From: an uncultured Spirochaetota bacterium | Lineage (GTDB): Bacteria; Spirochaetota; Spirochaetia; SZUA-6; Fen-1364 | Length of the DNA stretch: 64,000 bases | Direction of reading: 5' to 3' | NCBI GenBank assembly: GCA_963845535.1 | Contig: CAWJSK010000015.1 | Location: forward strand, 224,001 to 288,000 | In this document: piece by piece, positions 18,431 to 27,871 of the stretch | Layout of the letters: each line of letters starts with the position of its first letter | Position numbering within the stretch: position 1 is the stretch's first letter | Made by a program: the position numbers and the translations under genes | Notes under the pieces: model-generated | Database searches by the model: none | The model's input: only the letters and a program-made list of their open reading frames with translations | What the model was told of the DNA's origin: nothing

Positions 18431-19390
18431 TCACCGTGAAGCTTCTTCGAGTTTCCTGTATGCCTCAGTGCCTCGCAGACGGTCATTGTCCCTGGCGTAG
18501 TCGATTGCCATTTTCCCTGCGTTGCTCACCGCCTTTGCAACCGAGCCGGCTTTCAGGAGTATGACGATGACCTCGGGGTTCTGGTTGTCGGCCGCGTACA
18601 TCAGGGGCGTTCGGCCGTCAGTGTCCCGAGCGTTTGGGTCTGCGCCTGCTTTCAAAAGCGTTGTGACCACGTCAGGACTCTGATTGAACTCAGCCGCGTA
18701 AAGGAGTGCGGTCCATCCGTTCGGGTCCCGAGCCGCGATATTCGCACCAGCGTTCAGCAGCTTGATGATTGCCGCGGATCCGCCCTCCCCCCAGGCGGCG
18801 TACATAAGAGGCGTCCGGCCTTCCGAGTCCTGGGCCCTCGGACCAGCGCCGGCCCTGAGGAGCACCTCGATCACCTCCGGGTTCCTGTTGTATTCGGCGG
18901 CGTGCATCAACGGGGTTGCCCGGTTCTTGTCCCGAACGTTCGGGTCGTTGCTGGCTGCCAGGAGCGTTGAGATCACCTCGGGATTCTGGTTGAATGCGGC
19001 AGCATACATGAGCGCTGTCCAGCCGTCCTGGTCCTGTTCCTTGAGGTCGGCGCCGGCGTTCAGGAGAGAAGCAATCACTTCAGGGTTCTTGGTCCACTTG
19101 GCCGCGTACATGAGCGCGGTGGCGCCGTCCTGATCCCGTGCCTTGATATCCGCGCCGGCCTTCACAAGCGCCGTGATGACCTCGGGGTCGCGGTTGCTCC
19201 CGGCCGCATCCATCAGAGGTGTCCAGCCATCTCTCGCCTGCGCATTCACATCCGCGCCATCGCTGATCGCGTTTCGAATCTCTTGCGGCGTCCCGTCAGA
19301 CACGACGCCGAACAAGTCCACACCTTGTGAATGCATGGGTGCAGTTGCAGAAAGAAACACGAGGATGCCAACGACAATCCGCTTTCTCAC
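18431..19390 (-). CDS. Secreted ankyrin-repeat protein (about 7 repeats)
   Basis: 33-34-aa repeats 'DGxT(P/A)LMxAAxxNxNPEVIxxLLxAGAD'; signal-like 'RKRIVVGILVFLSATAPMHSQ' from GTG 19390 (start uncertain). Confidence 0.9.
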   Translation of the reverse strand: MRKRIVVGILVFLSATAPMHSQGVDLFGVVSDGTPQEIRNAISDGADVNAQARDGWTPLMDAAGSNRDPEVITALVKAGADIKARDQDGATALMYAAKWTKNPEVIASLLNAGADLKEQDQDGWTALMYAAAFNQNPEVISTLLAASNDPNVRDKNRATPLMHAAEYNRNPEVIEVLLRAGAGPRAQDSEGRTPLMYAAWGEGGSAAIIKLLNAGANIAARDPNGWTALLYAAEFNQSPDVVTTLLKAGADPNARDTDGRTPLMYAADNQNPEVIVILLKAGSVAKAVSNAGKMAIDYARDNDRLRGTEAYRKLEEASR

Positions 19391-19483
19391 TTTGTTCCGT
19401 CCATAGCCCGCCCCAAACATCGGATCTTTGAGGGGTTGCCCGATCGCTTGGTGCCTCATTATAGCATGGATCAGGGCGGCGCA

Positions 19484-19518
19484 AGATATCGACTCCACAC
19501 TACAGACATCGACTCCAC
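19484..19518. repeat. 15-bp direct repeat AGA(T/C)ATCGACTCCAC x2, 20-bp period
   Basis: Copies at 19484-19498 and 19504-19518, 3 bp before TTGACA at 19522. Confidence 0.85.
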
Positions 19519-19521
19519 CCC

Positions 19522-19570
19522 TTGACAAGTGGCAGTTTCTTATGATATCGATTGCGCAATCGATTTCATA
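19522..19570 (+). promoter_or_regulatory. TTGACA plus LacI-type operator palindrome ATCGATTGCGCAATCGAT
   Basis: Perfect 18-bp palindrome 19547-19564, extendable to 30 bp (19541-19570) with one mismatched pair; directly upstream of lacI-family gene. Confidence 0.8.
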
Positions 19571-19580
19571 GGGCAATTTC

Positions 19581-20633
19581 GTGGCATCAATAAAGGACGT
19601 CGCCAAACTTGCTGGAGTCTCAGAGTCCACGGTCTCCCGTGTGCTCAACATGTCGCTGCCCGTTGATGAGAGCACCCGCCTGAAGGTCGAAGGCGCCATA
19701 AAGGCGCTCAGCTACAAGCCGAATCTCCTGGCAAAGGGCCTTCGCAGAGGCAGCGGCATGCTGATCGGCCTGATAGTGCCGGAAATCGTGCACCACACCT
19801 TCGCCAGTTTCATCCAGTACATCGAGGAGAGCGTCGTCAAACGCGGGTTCGGCCTCATCGTCGGAAACCACAAGAACAACCCCGATCTGGAAGAAAACTT
19901 CATCGACAACCTTCTGCGGCGAAACGTGGACGGGATCATTTTTTCGCGGGTCTCTGATGAGAGCCGGGTCATGAGGCTCATCAATCGCACCGGCGTCCCG
20001 GTCGTCGTGATCGACCGTGCGGTTGAGCGCGAGGAGGTGGCGAGCGTCGTCCTGGACAATCTCAGGGCCGGATGTCTTGTGGGAGAGCACCTTGGCGCCT
20101 TGGGGCATCACAAGATCGCATGCGTCACGGGACCGCTCAAGATCTCTCTCTGCCGCGAGCGCCTTGCCGGTCTGAACGAGGCTCTCTCACGTTTCAAGAC
20201 CGGCGTTGACGCGGACTGGACCTTCGAGGGGGACTTCAAGTTCGAGTCCGGATACCTCGGCGCGCAGCGGCTCTTTGCCGCCCATCCCGATATCACCGCG
20301 GTCTGGGCGCAGAATGATCTCATGGCTGTCGGGGTGCTGAAATACCTCCTGGAGCATGGCAAGTCGGTTCCCGGGGAGGTCTCCCTGGTTGGAATGGACG
20401 ACATCAGCATTGCCCGGATGATCACTCCGTCGCTCAGCACAGTCACGCAGCCGTTCGCCGAGATTTGCGAACGCGCCGTCGAGCTGCTCCTGCGGCAGAA
20501 GAACGGGGACGGGGCAGGGACGGAAAAGATCGTCATCACCCCTGATCTGGTTGTACGGGATTCCACGACGTTTCAGAGGAAGGAAGGAGACGCCACGGTT
20601 TCGGTTTTCAAACCGCAGGGGAAAGGCGCGTAA
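19581..20633 (+). CDS. LacI-family transcriptional regulator
   Basis: 'SIKDVAKLAGVSESTVSRVLN', 'YKPNLLAKGL', 'VGMDDI', 'LSTVTQP'. Confidence 0.97.
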   Translation: MASIKDVAKLAGVSESTVSRVLNMSLPVDESTRLKVEGAIKALSYKPNLLAKGLRRGSGMLIGLIVPEIVHHTFASFIQYIEESVVKRGFGLIVGNHKNNPDLEENFIDNLLRRNVDGIIFSRVSDESRVMRLINRTGVPVVVIDRAVEREEVASVVLDNLRAGCLVGEHLGALGHHKIACVTGPLKISLCRERLAGLNEALSRFKTGVDADWTFEGDFKFESGYLGAQRLFAAHPDITAVWAQNDLMAVGVLKYLLEHGKSVPGEVSLVGMDDISIARMITPSLSTVTQPFAEICERAVELLLRQKNGDGAGTEKIVITPDLVVRDSTTFQRKEGDATVSVFKPQGKGA

Positions 20634-20723
20634 GCGCCCGGCACGTTCTATCGCGGATACTGACATGCGCGTGCGTTGCACCGCATCAATAATCCCATTT
20701 CTGGTGCGCAGGAGGTTTCGAGC

Positions 20724-21653
20724 ATGAGCAAAAAACTGGCACTTCTCTTGGTCATCCTGATGGTTCTCCCGCTTGCGGTGTTCGCAGGGGGGACAAAGGA
20801 AGCGGCGGCGCCGAGCGGGATGCTCAGGATAGGGCTGACGCTTCCTGGGCTGCAGTTTCCGTTCTTCGTTACCATGAAGCATGACTTCGACCAGATGGCA
20901 GCCAAGCTGGGCGTCGAAGTCATCTACGTGGATGCGCAGAACGACTCGGCAAAGCAGGCTGCGGCCGTGGAGAGCTTCATTTCGCAGAAGGTGAACGGCA
21001 TCCTCATCTCTCCCATGACAACCGACTCCATTGTTCCCGCCATCGAGGAGGCGGTGAAGGCCGGGATACCCGTGGTCACGGTGGACCGTAAGGCGAACAC
21101 GGATGCGGTGCTCGTGCACGTCGGCGCCGACAACGTGGAGGGCGGCAGGGCCGCCGCCCGGTACGTCGTGCAGAAGCTGAACGGCCACGGCACCATCATC
21201 GAGCTGGAGGGGACCCCCGGCGCCTCCCCGGCAATCGATCGCAAGAAGGGATTCGACGAGGTGATTGCGCAGAACCCCGGCATGAAGATCCTCGTGAGCC
21301 AGGCGGCAGACTTCGACCGCGCAAAGGCCAATACCACGATGGAAAACCTCATGCAGTCGAACCCGAAGTTCGACGCGGTCTTCGGCGCCAACGACGAAGA
21401 GATCATCGGCGCCATCGAAGCGATGTCGGCAGCCGGCATGGACCCGTCGAAGGTCGTGACGGCCGGCTATGACGCCACCCCTGACGCATTCAGCTATATC
21501 AGGCAGGGCAAGCTCGGGGCCACGGTGGACCAGTTCCCTGGGAAGCAGGCGTCCATGGCGCTCAACTATCTGGTGGATTACATCAAGAACAAGACGATGC
21601 CGCCTCAGAAGGTCATCTATATCCAGCCTCAGGCGGTGACATCGGCCCCATAA
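20724..21653 (+). CDS. Sugar ABC substrate-binding protein (RbsB-like)
   Basis: ATG 20724 after AGGAGG; signal peptide; 'PFFVTM', 'DAQND', 'GIPVVTVDR', 'GADNVEGG', 'FGANDE'. Confidence 0.93.
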   Translation: MSKKLALLLVILMVLPLAVFAGGTKEAAAPSGMLRIGLTLPGLQFPFFVTMKHDFDQMAAKLGVEVIYVDAQNDSAKQAAAVESFISQKVNGILISPMTTDSIVPAIEEAVKAGIPVVTVDRKANTDAVLVHVGADNVEGGRAAARYVVQKLNGHGTIIELEGTPGASPAIDRKKGFDEVIAQNPGMKILVSQAADFDRAKANTTMENLMQSNPKFDAVFGANDEEIIGAIEAMSAAGMDPSKVVTAGYDATPDAFSYIRQGKLGATVDQFPGKQASMALNYLVDYIKNKTMPPQKVIYIQPQAVTSAP

Positions 21654-21656
21654 AAA

Positions 21657-21682
21657 GGGCCGGCCGGAAGAGGCCGGCGCCC
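21657..21682 (+). terminator. GC stem-loop after binding-protein gene
   Basis: GCCGGCC-GGAAGA-GGCCGGC core, no U-tract; likely a stabiliser. Confidence 0.45.
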
Positions 21683-21716
21683 ACGGGCGTCGGCCTCCCT
21701 GGCGCGGACAAGCACG

Positions 21717-23232
21717 ATGGAAACACTGCTGCGAATGGCGGGCATCAGCAAGAGCTTCCCCGGCGTGAACGCGCTCGTCGGCGTCGACTTCGAGCTTCAG
21801 CGGGGGGAGGTGCACGCGCTGGTCGGTGAGAACGGGGCGGGCAAATCCACTCTGATGAAGATCCTCGCCGGCGTCTATCGCGCGGACGAAGGCGAGATAT
21901 GGCTCAAAGGCAGGAAGCTCACCGCCGCTGATCCGCGCGCAATGATCGACGCAGGGGTCAGCGTGATCTACCAGGAGCTGAACCTCGTTCCTTACCTTTC
22001 CGTGGCGGAAAACATCCTCCTTGGCAGAGAGCCGCGCAGACCCGGGGGCTTGATCGACTGGCGCAGGATGCGCCGGGAGGTCGAGGCGCTTCTGGCCCCC
22101 TTCAACCTGTCCCTGGACCCCCGCACGAAGGTCAGCAGGATAGGACCCGCTTACCAGCAGGTTGTGGAGATCGCGAAGGCGCTGTCCCTGAAGGCGGACA
22201 TCATCGTGATGGATGAGCCGACGGCGCCGCTCACGGGAAGCGAGGTGGGCAAGCTTTTCGAGATCATCCGCAACTTGAAGGCGGGAGGGGTGTCCGTTGC
22301 CTACATCTCCCACCGGCTCGAAGAGCTGCACGAGGTGGCGGACCGTGTCACGGTGCTGCGTGACGGCCGGAAGATCATCACCGCCCCGCTCTCCTCTCTG
22401 ACCGTGGACGACATCATCCGCACCATGGTCGGACGGCAGCTCACCGAGCAATACGTGAAGGCCGGCAGCCCTTCCTCGGAGGAGATCCTTCGCGTGGAGG
22501 GCCTGAGCAAACAGGGGGTCTGCTCCGATGTTGCCTTCAGCGTGCACAAGGGGGAAGTCCTCGGCTTCGCCGGCCTTGTCGGCGCAGGACGCACGGAAAT
22601 CATGCAGCTCATCTATGGGTATCGAAGAAAAGACGCGGGCAGGATCTTCATAAAAGGGAAGGAAGTGAAAATCCGCCGCACCCGGGACGCCGTGCGGCAC
22701 GGGATTGCCCTCATTCCCGAGGAACGCAAGAGGCAGGGGCTCATCCTCGGGCTTTCCGTTCTCGACAACTCTGCCCTCACGATCTTCGACTTGCACCACC
22801 GGGCGGGATTCATCCGATGGCGGGAGATCAGACCGGCTTGTCCGTCAGATGGTGAGCAGCCTTGGCATCAGGACCCCGTCCCTTCGCCAGACGGTTCGCA
22901 ACCTCTCCGGCGGGAATCAGCAGAAAGTGGTTCTGTCGAAGTGGTTCGTACGCCGTTGCGACGTGTACATCTTCGACGAGCCAACCCGAGGCATCGACGT
23001 CGGGGCCAAGGTGGAGATCTACAGGCTCATGGAAAACCTCGCGAAGGAGGGGGCCGCCATCATCATGGTCTCCTCGGAGCTCCTGGAGGTCATGAACGTT
23101 CCGAACCGCATCGCCGTGGTGTATGGCGGCCGCATCGTGAAAGAGTTCCAGCGGGGGGAAGCCTCCGAAGAGGAAGTGATGAGCTACGCCCTGGGATTCG
23201 GGGAGAAGCCGTCACCGTCACGAGCGCCGTGA
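21717..23232 (+). CDS. Sugar ABC ATP-binding protein (RbsA-like), one frameshift near 22830
   Basis: GENGAGKST in the first frame; LSGGNQQK and DEPTRGIDVGAK continue in the frame of ORF 22705-23232; removing one base gives 505 codons. Confidence 0.9.
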
Positions 23233-23248
23233 CGAAAGGAGTGTTCGA

Positions 23249-24187
23249 ATGAGGATCAACGTCCGCCACATCCTGCGTTCCTATGGAATCCTCATTGCGT
23301 TCGTTCTGATCTGCATCGTCATGACAATCCTCTCACCGGTCTTCCTCACCGTGACGAACGTCCTGAACGTCATCCGGCAGAGCTCGATCTACGGGATCAT
23401 GGCAATCGGGATGACGTTCGTCATCCTCACGGCGGGGATTGACCTTTCCGTGGGGTCCATCCTCGCAATCGCCGGAGCAATCGCGGCGGGCTCCATCAAG
23501 GCCGGCCTCGGCCTTGGACCGGCCATCATCATCACGCTGGCAATCGGCCTTGGATGCGGCCTGGTGAACGGAGCTCTCGTGACCCTGGGCCGCATCACGC
23601 CGTTCGTCGTGACTCTTGGCATGATGAGCATTGCGCGCGGCCTCACCCTCATCTACACGAACGGCTATCCCATCAGCGGCTTCGCGCCGTCGTTTCGCTT
23701 CATTGGCGGGGGTGACCTGCTTGCAATTCCCTTCCCCATCATCATGTTCATTCTGACAACCGTGGCGGCCTGGCTCATCCTCACGCAGACGAGGCTGGGC
23801 CGCTACACGTACGCCATCGGCGGCAACGAGGAGACCGTGAAGCTCTCCGGCATCAATGCAAACTTCTACAAGACCATCGTCTACATGATCTCCGGCTTCA
23901 CCTCCGCCATCAGCGCCCTCATTCTCACCTCGCGGTTGAACTCCGCGGAGCCGGTGGCGGGCACCGGGTACGAGCTTGACGTCATTGCAGCCGTGGTCAT
24001 CGGCGGGACGAGCCTCATGGGTGGACGCGGCGGCGTGTGGGGCACCCTCATCGGGGCGCTTCTGATCGGAGTGATCAACAACGGCATGAACCTGCTGGGT
24101 ATATCGCCCTTCTTCCAGCTCGTCGTCAAAGGACTCATCATTATTGGCGCTGTCCTCCTCGACAGGCTGCGCCAGGAACAGGCCTAA
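23249..24187 (+). CDS. Sugar ABC permease (RbsC-like)
   Basis: 'AGIDLSVGS', 'PFVVTLG', 'GYELDVIAAVVIGGTSLMGGRG'. Confidence 0.95.
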   Translation: MRINVRHILRSYGILIAFVLICIVMTILSPVFLTVTNVLNVIRQSSIYGIMAIGMTFVILTAGIDLSVGSILAIAGAIAAGSIKAGLGLGPAIIITLAIGLGCGLVNGALVTLGRITPFVVTLGMMSIARGLTLIYTNGYPISGFAPSFRFIGGGDLLAIPFPIIMFILTTVAAWLILTQTRLGRYTYAIGGNEETVKLSGINANFYKTIVYMISGFTSAISALILTSRLNSAEPVAGTGYELDVIAAVVIGGTSLMGGRGGVWGTLIGALLIGVINNGMNLLGISPFFQLVVKGLIIIGAVLLDRLRQEQA

Positions 24188-24208
24188 GGTTTCCAGAGGA
24201 GGTTTTCC

Positions 24209-25426
24209 ATGTCTGTGCGTTCGACTGTTGAGAAGGCTTTGGAGCAGGGCAAGGGGATCCTGCGCCTTGCGCCGAACTGGGTGCCTCGCTCGTTCTGCGT
24301 CCCCGGCAGAAGAATCAAGCTGCACCCTGCGGACTACTATGCGTATGGCGGCGAGCGCGGGGGCATCGACGAACGGTGGTTCTCCTCCACCACGCCGGCG
24401 GACAACGGCCCCAAGACGAGCCCGAACGAGGGCCTGTCCTTCGTTGTCCTGGAGGACGGCGGCAGGACGGAAAAGGTCACGCTTCGCGACGCCGTGGCCG
24501 AGCTGAAAGGCGCAATCATCGGGGAGCGGATCTGGAACAAAGACAAGGCTTGGCCCATGTACTCCAAGTTCTTCGACAACAAAGGAGCGCTCCCCCACCA
24601 CGTGCATCACAGGGACCAGCACGCGAAGCTCGTTCATCAGAGCGGAAAGCCCGAATCGTATTATTTCCCCATTCAGAACAACAACTACGGGGCAGACTAT
24701 CCGTACACCTTCTTCGGCTTGCGGCCCGGAACGACAAAGGACCAGGTGGCCGAGTGCATCCGAAACTTCTCCCACGGGGACAACAAGATCACGAGCCTGT
24801 CCCTGGCTGCGCGCCTGGAGCCGGGGACGGGCTGGGACGTTCCCGCGGGAGTCCTTCATGCCCCCGGCAGCCTGTGCACGTATGAGCCGCAGAAGGCGTC
24901 TGACATCTTCGCCATGTACCAGTCCCTCACCGGGGACGCCATCATCTCCGAAGAGCTTCTGTGGAAGAACACGCCGCCGGACAAGGCTGGAAACGTGGAC
25001 TACATGATCGAAATCCTGGACTGGGAGGCGAACGTGGATCCCTCCTTTGTCGCCCACCACTTCATGGCGCCAAAGCCGGTCAAGCCGGTGAAGCAGATGG
25101 AGGCGGAAGGATACATCGAGAACTGGGTGACGTATAAGTCCACGGAGTTCAGCGCACAAGAGCTCACCGTGCTCCCCGGGAAGACTGTCACCATCCGGGA
25201 CAGCGGCGCGTACGGCATGATCATGCTCCAGGGACACGGGACCATGGGAGTCTGGAACATCGAAACCCCGACTCTCATCAGGTTTGGCCAGCTGACGATG
25301 GATGAGTTCTTCGTGACGGAAAGCGCCGCGAAGGACGGCGTGGTCATCACCAACCCGTCGCACACCGACCCCATCGTCATGCTCAAGCACTTCGGTCCCG
25401 GCAACCCTGATCTGGTGGTGGGCTGA
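24209..25426 (+). CDS. Class I mannose-6-phosphate isomerase-like cupin protein
   Basis: 'LPHHVH...KPESYYF...LHAPG...YEPQKASD' parallels PMI 'LSVQVH..KxE..HA.G..E.Q..SD'. Confidence 0.7.
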   Translation: MSVRSTVEKALEQGKGILRLAPNWVPRSFCVPGRRIKLHPADYYAYGGERGGIDERWFSSTTPADNGPKTSPNEGLSFVVLEDGGRTEKVTLRDAVAELKGAIIGERIWNKDKAWPMYSKFFDNKGALPHHVHHRDQHAKLVHQSGKPESYYFPIQNNNYGADYPYTFFGLRPGTTKDQVAECIRNFSHGDNKITSLSLAARLEPGTGWDVPAGVLHAPGSLCTYEPQKASDIFAMYQSLTGDAIISEELLWKNTPPDKAGNVDYMIEILDWEANVDPSFVAHHFMAPKPVKPVKQMEAEGYIENWVTYKSTEFSAQELTVLPGKTVTIRDSGAYGMIMLQGHGTMGVWNIETPTLIRFGQLTMDEFFVTESAAKDGVVITNPSHTDPIVMLKHFGPGNPDLVVG

Positions 25427-25434
25427 GGCATGCC

Positions 25435-26385
25435 ATGAAGAAGCAGGCCTTCGAGCAGAAATCCGAGAAGATCCGCCAGGCGTTCCTGGATCTGAAGAAG
25501 AAGCACCCTGAGAAGCTCTCGCGAAGGCTCGCCCTTTCCTGGAGCAACTGGGGCTTCGGCATCGAGCCGCTCGCCGCATCGGCGGCACGGCTCTCGCGGG
25601 CAGGCATAACGTTCATCGAGCTGCACGGGAACCACTACGGTCCGTCGCTGGGGTACAGGCCGTCCGAGACCCTGAAAGTTCTGCGGGATCACGGGATTTC
25701 AGTTGGTGGGATCTGCGGCATGTTCTCCGAGGACAACGACCTGTCCAGCAACCGGGCCGCGCAGCGGCAGGCTGCCATCGACTACCTGGAACGCGAGGTG
25801 CCGTTTGCGGCCGAGGTGGGCGCCAGCTACATCCTCGTGGTGCCCGGAGCGGTTGGCAGGCCTCATGCGTACGATTCCTCCGAGCTGGCGCGAAGCGTGG
25901 AAACGCTCCGCCTGGTCGCGGACCTGTTCGTGAAGCATAAAGTCAAGGCAGCCATCGAGCCCATCAGGTCCGCGGAGGTGAGCTTTGTCCACTCGGTCGC
26001 GGACGCAAAGGCGTACATAGCGGCTGTGAGTCATCCTGGGGTGAAGCACATCAACGGTGACGTCTATCACATGCAGGCGGAGGAGAGCCATATCGGGGAG
26101 GCCATCGTGGACGCCGCAGAGATGCTGGTGAATCTCCACCTGGCGGACTCCAACCGCGCCGCCTTGGGGCTCGGTTCCATCGACTTGGACACCATCATCC
26201 GCGCTCTGTACCTGATCGGGTTCAACGAGGATGGCCGGTTCGTCACTCCCGAGCCCCTGGGGCCGGGGGGAGATCCGTATCCCGCGATGTACGGGAATCC
26301 TGATCCTCGAGCGCTGGATGAGCTTGTTTTTCAGACTGCCCGCTATTTCCGCGAACGGGAAAACGAAGTGCTGGCGGACGCTTAA
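25435..26385 (+). CDS. Sugar epimerase, D-tagatose/D-psicose 3-epimerase-like TIM barrel
   Basis: Metal/catalytic pattern 'EPIRSAE', 'GDVYHM', 'HLADSNR', 'TPEP'. Confidence 0.8.
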   Translation: MKKQAFEQKSEKIRQAFLDLKKKHPEKLSRRLALSWSNWGFGIEPLAASAARLSRAGITFIELHGNHYGPSLGYRPSETLKVLRDHGISVGGICGMFSEDNDLSSNRAAQRQAAIDYLEREVPFAAEVGASYILVVPGAVGRPHAYDSSELARSVETLRLVADLFVKHKVKAAIEPIRSAEVSFVHSVADAKAYIAAVSHPGVKHINGDVYHMQAEESHIGEAIVDAAEMLVNLHLADSNRAALGLGSIDLDTIIRALYLIGFNEDGRFVTPEPLGPGGDPYPAMYGNPDPRALDELVFQTARYFRERENEVLADA

Positions 26386-26446
26386 GCGAGGTCATGGCCA
26401 GGGAGCCGGCGTAAGCCGCAGCGGCGCAGAGACCAAACGGCGTCCC

Positions 26447-27871
26447 TTACTTGAAGACTGTGCCCGCGATTGCCTGGGTCCACGCAGTTATCGGCCCCGG
26501 GAAAACTCCCATGCCTACGGTGACCAGGACGGAAACCGCCATGATGGCCTTGTGGGCAAGGGGAACGCGCAGGCGCGATTCGTCCTCCGATTTTTCCATG
26601 ACGAGCCTTTTGATGACCAGGAGGTAATAGGAGATCGACACGACGCTCATGACCAGAGCGACCGCCGCGAGCCACAACCTGCCCTGCTTCGCGACCTCCG
26701 CAAGGAGGTAGAGCTTTCCCATAAAGCCTGCAGCGGGCGGTATACCCGCAAGGGAGAGGAGGCATACGAGCAGGCTTGCCGCCATGAACGGCGAGCGCTT
26801 CCACATGCCCTTGAGAGACGCAATCTCGTCCGTGCCTCCGGCCTCGCCAAAGGCGGAGATGGCAGCAAAGATCCCGACGTTGGCGAAAAGATAGACAATT
26901 ATATAGAAGAGAAGCGCTCCAATCCCGGCCCGTGAAAATGCAACGAGGCCCAGGAGCATGTAGCCGGCATGCGCAATGCTGGAGTACGCAAGAAGCCGTT
27001 TCATGCTCGTCTGGGCCAGGGCAATGAGGTTCCCGACCACCATGGAGAGCACCGAGAGGGAGATGACAAGGAGCGGGAAGCCGGGGCCGCTTGACGGAAG
27101 GGCGAACAGGAGGAGCCGGATAAGGGCGGCAAAGCCCGCAGCCTTGGAGCCTACTGCCAGGAAAGCGGCCACGGAGGCGGGGGCGCCCTGGTAGATGTCC
27201 GGCGACCACATGTGGAAGGGCACAGCCGCGATTTTGAAGGAGAATCCCGCAAGAACCATGATCGCGCCGATCACCACAAGGGGATCAGCGGCATTCGCGG
27301 CAAGAGCCGGCATCACCTCCGAGTAGGTAAGGCTCCCGGCAGAGCCGAAGAGGAGACTCAGTCCGAAAAGGAGCACCGCGGAAGAGATGGCGCTCAGGAG
27401 GAGATATTTCGCTCCCGCCTCCGTCGATTTGCCGCTTGCCTTGTCAAAGGCCGTGAGGACAACCAGGGGCAGCGTCATGAGCTCCAGCCCGATATAGAGG
27501 CTCAGGAAGTCGTTCGAGGAACCCAGCATCATCATCCCGACAAGGGCGAAGGCGAGGAGCGCGAAGAACTCACTGCGGAACTCCATGAGGCTGGAGGTGA
27601 ACCGCAGCGACATCAGGGACACGAGGAACGCCGCGGCAATGAATACCTGCTTGAAGAAGAGCGACAGTGAGTCGTTGAGGTAGCGCCCGCCGGAGAACGA
27701 GGCGCCCTGGCCAGGCGCGAGGAAGGTCAGCGCCAGCAAGCCCAGGAACGCAAGCGCCGCCAGAGAGCCCGTCATGTCCCGCCTGCCCCGGGGGATGAGC
27801 AGACCGAAGGCAAGGAGTCCGAGCGCAATCAGGGCCGCAACCATCTCGATGCGTATGGCTGAAAAGTCCAT
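26447..27871 (-). CDS. nuoN: Complex I subunit N
   Basis: 'STEAGAKY', 'FKIAAVPFHMWSPDIYQGAP', 'KRLLAYSSIAHAGY', 'LAGIPPAAGF'; start ATG 27871. Confidence 0.95.
   Translation of the reverse strand: MDFSAIRIEMVAALIALGLLAFGLLIPRGRRDMTGSLAALAFLGLLALTFLAPGQGASFSGGRYLNDSLSLFFKQVFIAAAFLVSLMSLRFTSSLMEFRSEFFALLAFALVGMMMLGSSNDFLSLYIGLELMTLPLVVLTAFDKASGKSTEAGAKYLLLSAISSAVLLFGLSLLFGSAGSLTYSEVMPALAANAADPLVVIGAIMVLAGFSFKIAAVPFHMWSPDIYQGAPASVAAFLAVGSKAAGFAALIRLLLFALPSSGPGFPLLVISLSVLSMVVGNLIALAQTSMKRLLAYSSIAHAGYMLLGLVAFSRAGIGALLFYIIVYLFANVGIFAAISAFGEAGGTDEIASLKGMWKRSPFMAASLLVCLLSLAGIPPAAGFMGKLYLLAEVAKQGRLWLAAVALVMSVVSISYYLLVIKRLVMEKSEDESRLRVPLAHKAIMAVSVLVTVGMGVFPGPITAWTQAIAGTVFK

Noticed and set aside
19391..19699. 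N-terminal extension of the ankyrin ORF
   Set aside because: Overlaps the lacI promoter and coding start on the opposite strand; a signal-like sequence begins at 19390
20187..25588. Very long minus-strand ORFs (870 and 751 aa), and similar ones such as 15827-17551 and 10699-12237
   Set aside because: Antisense shadows of well-supported genes, expected from high-GC codon bias; no motifs
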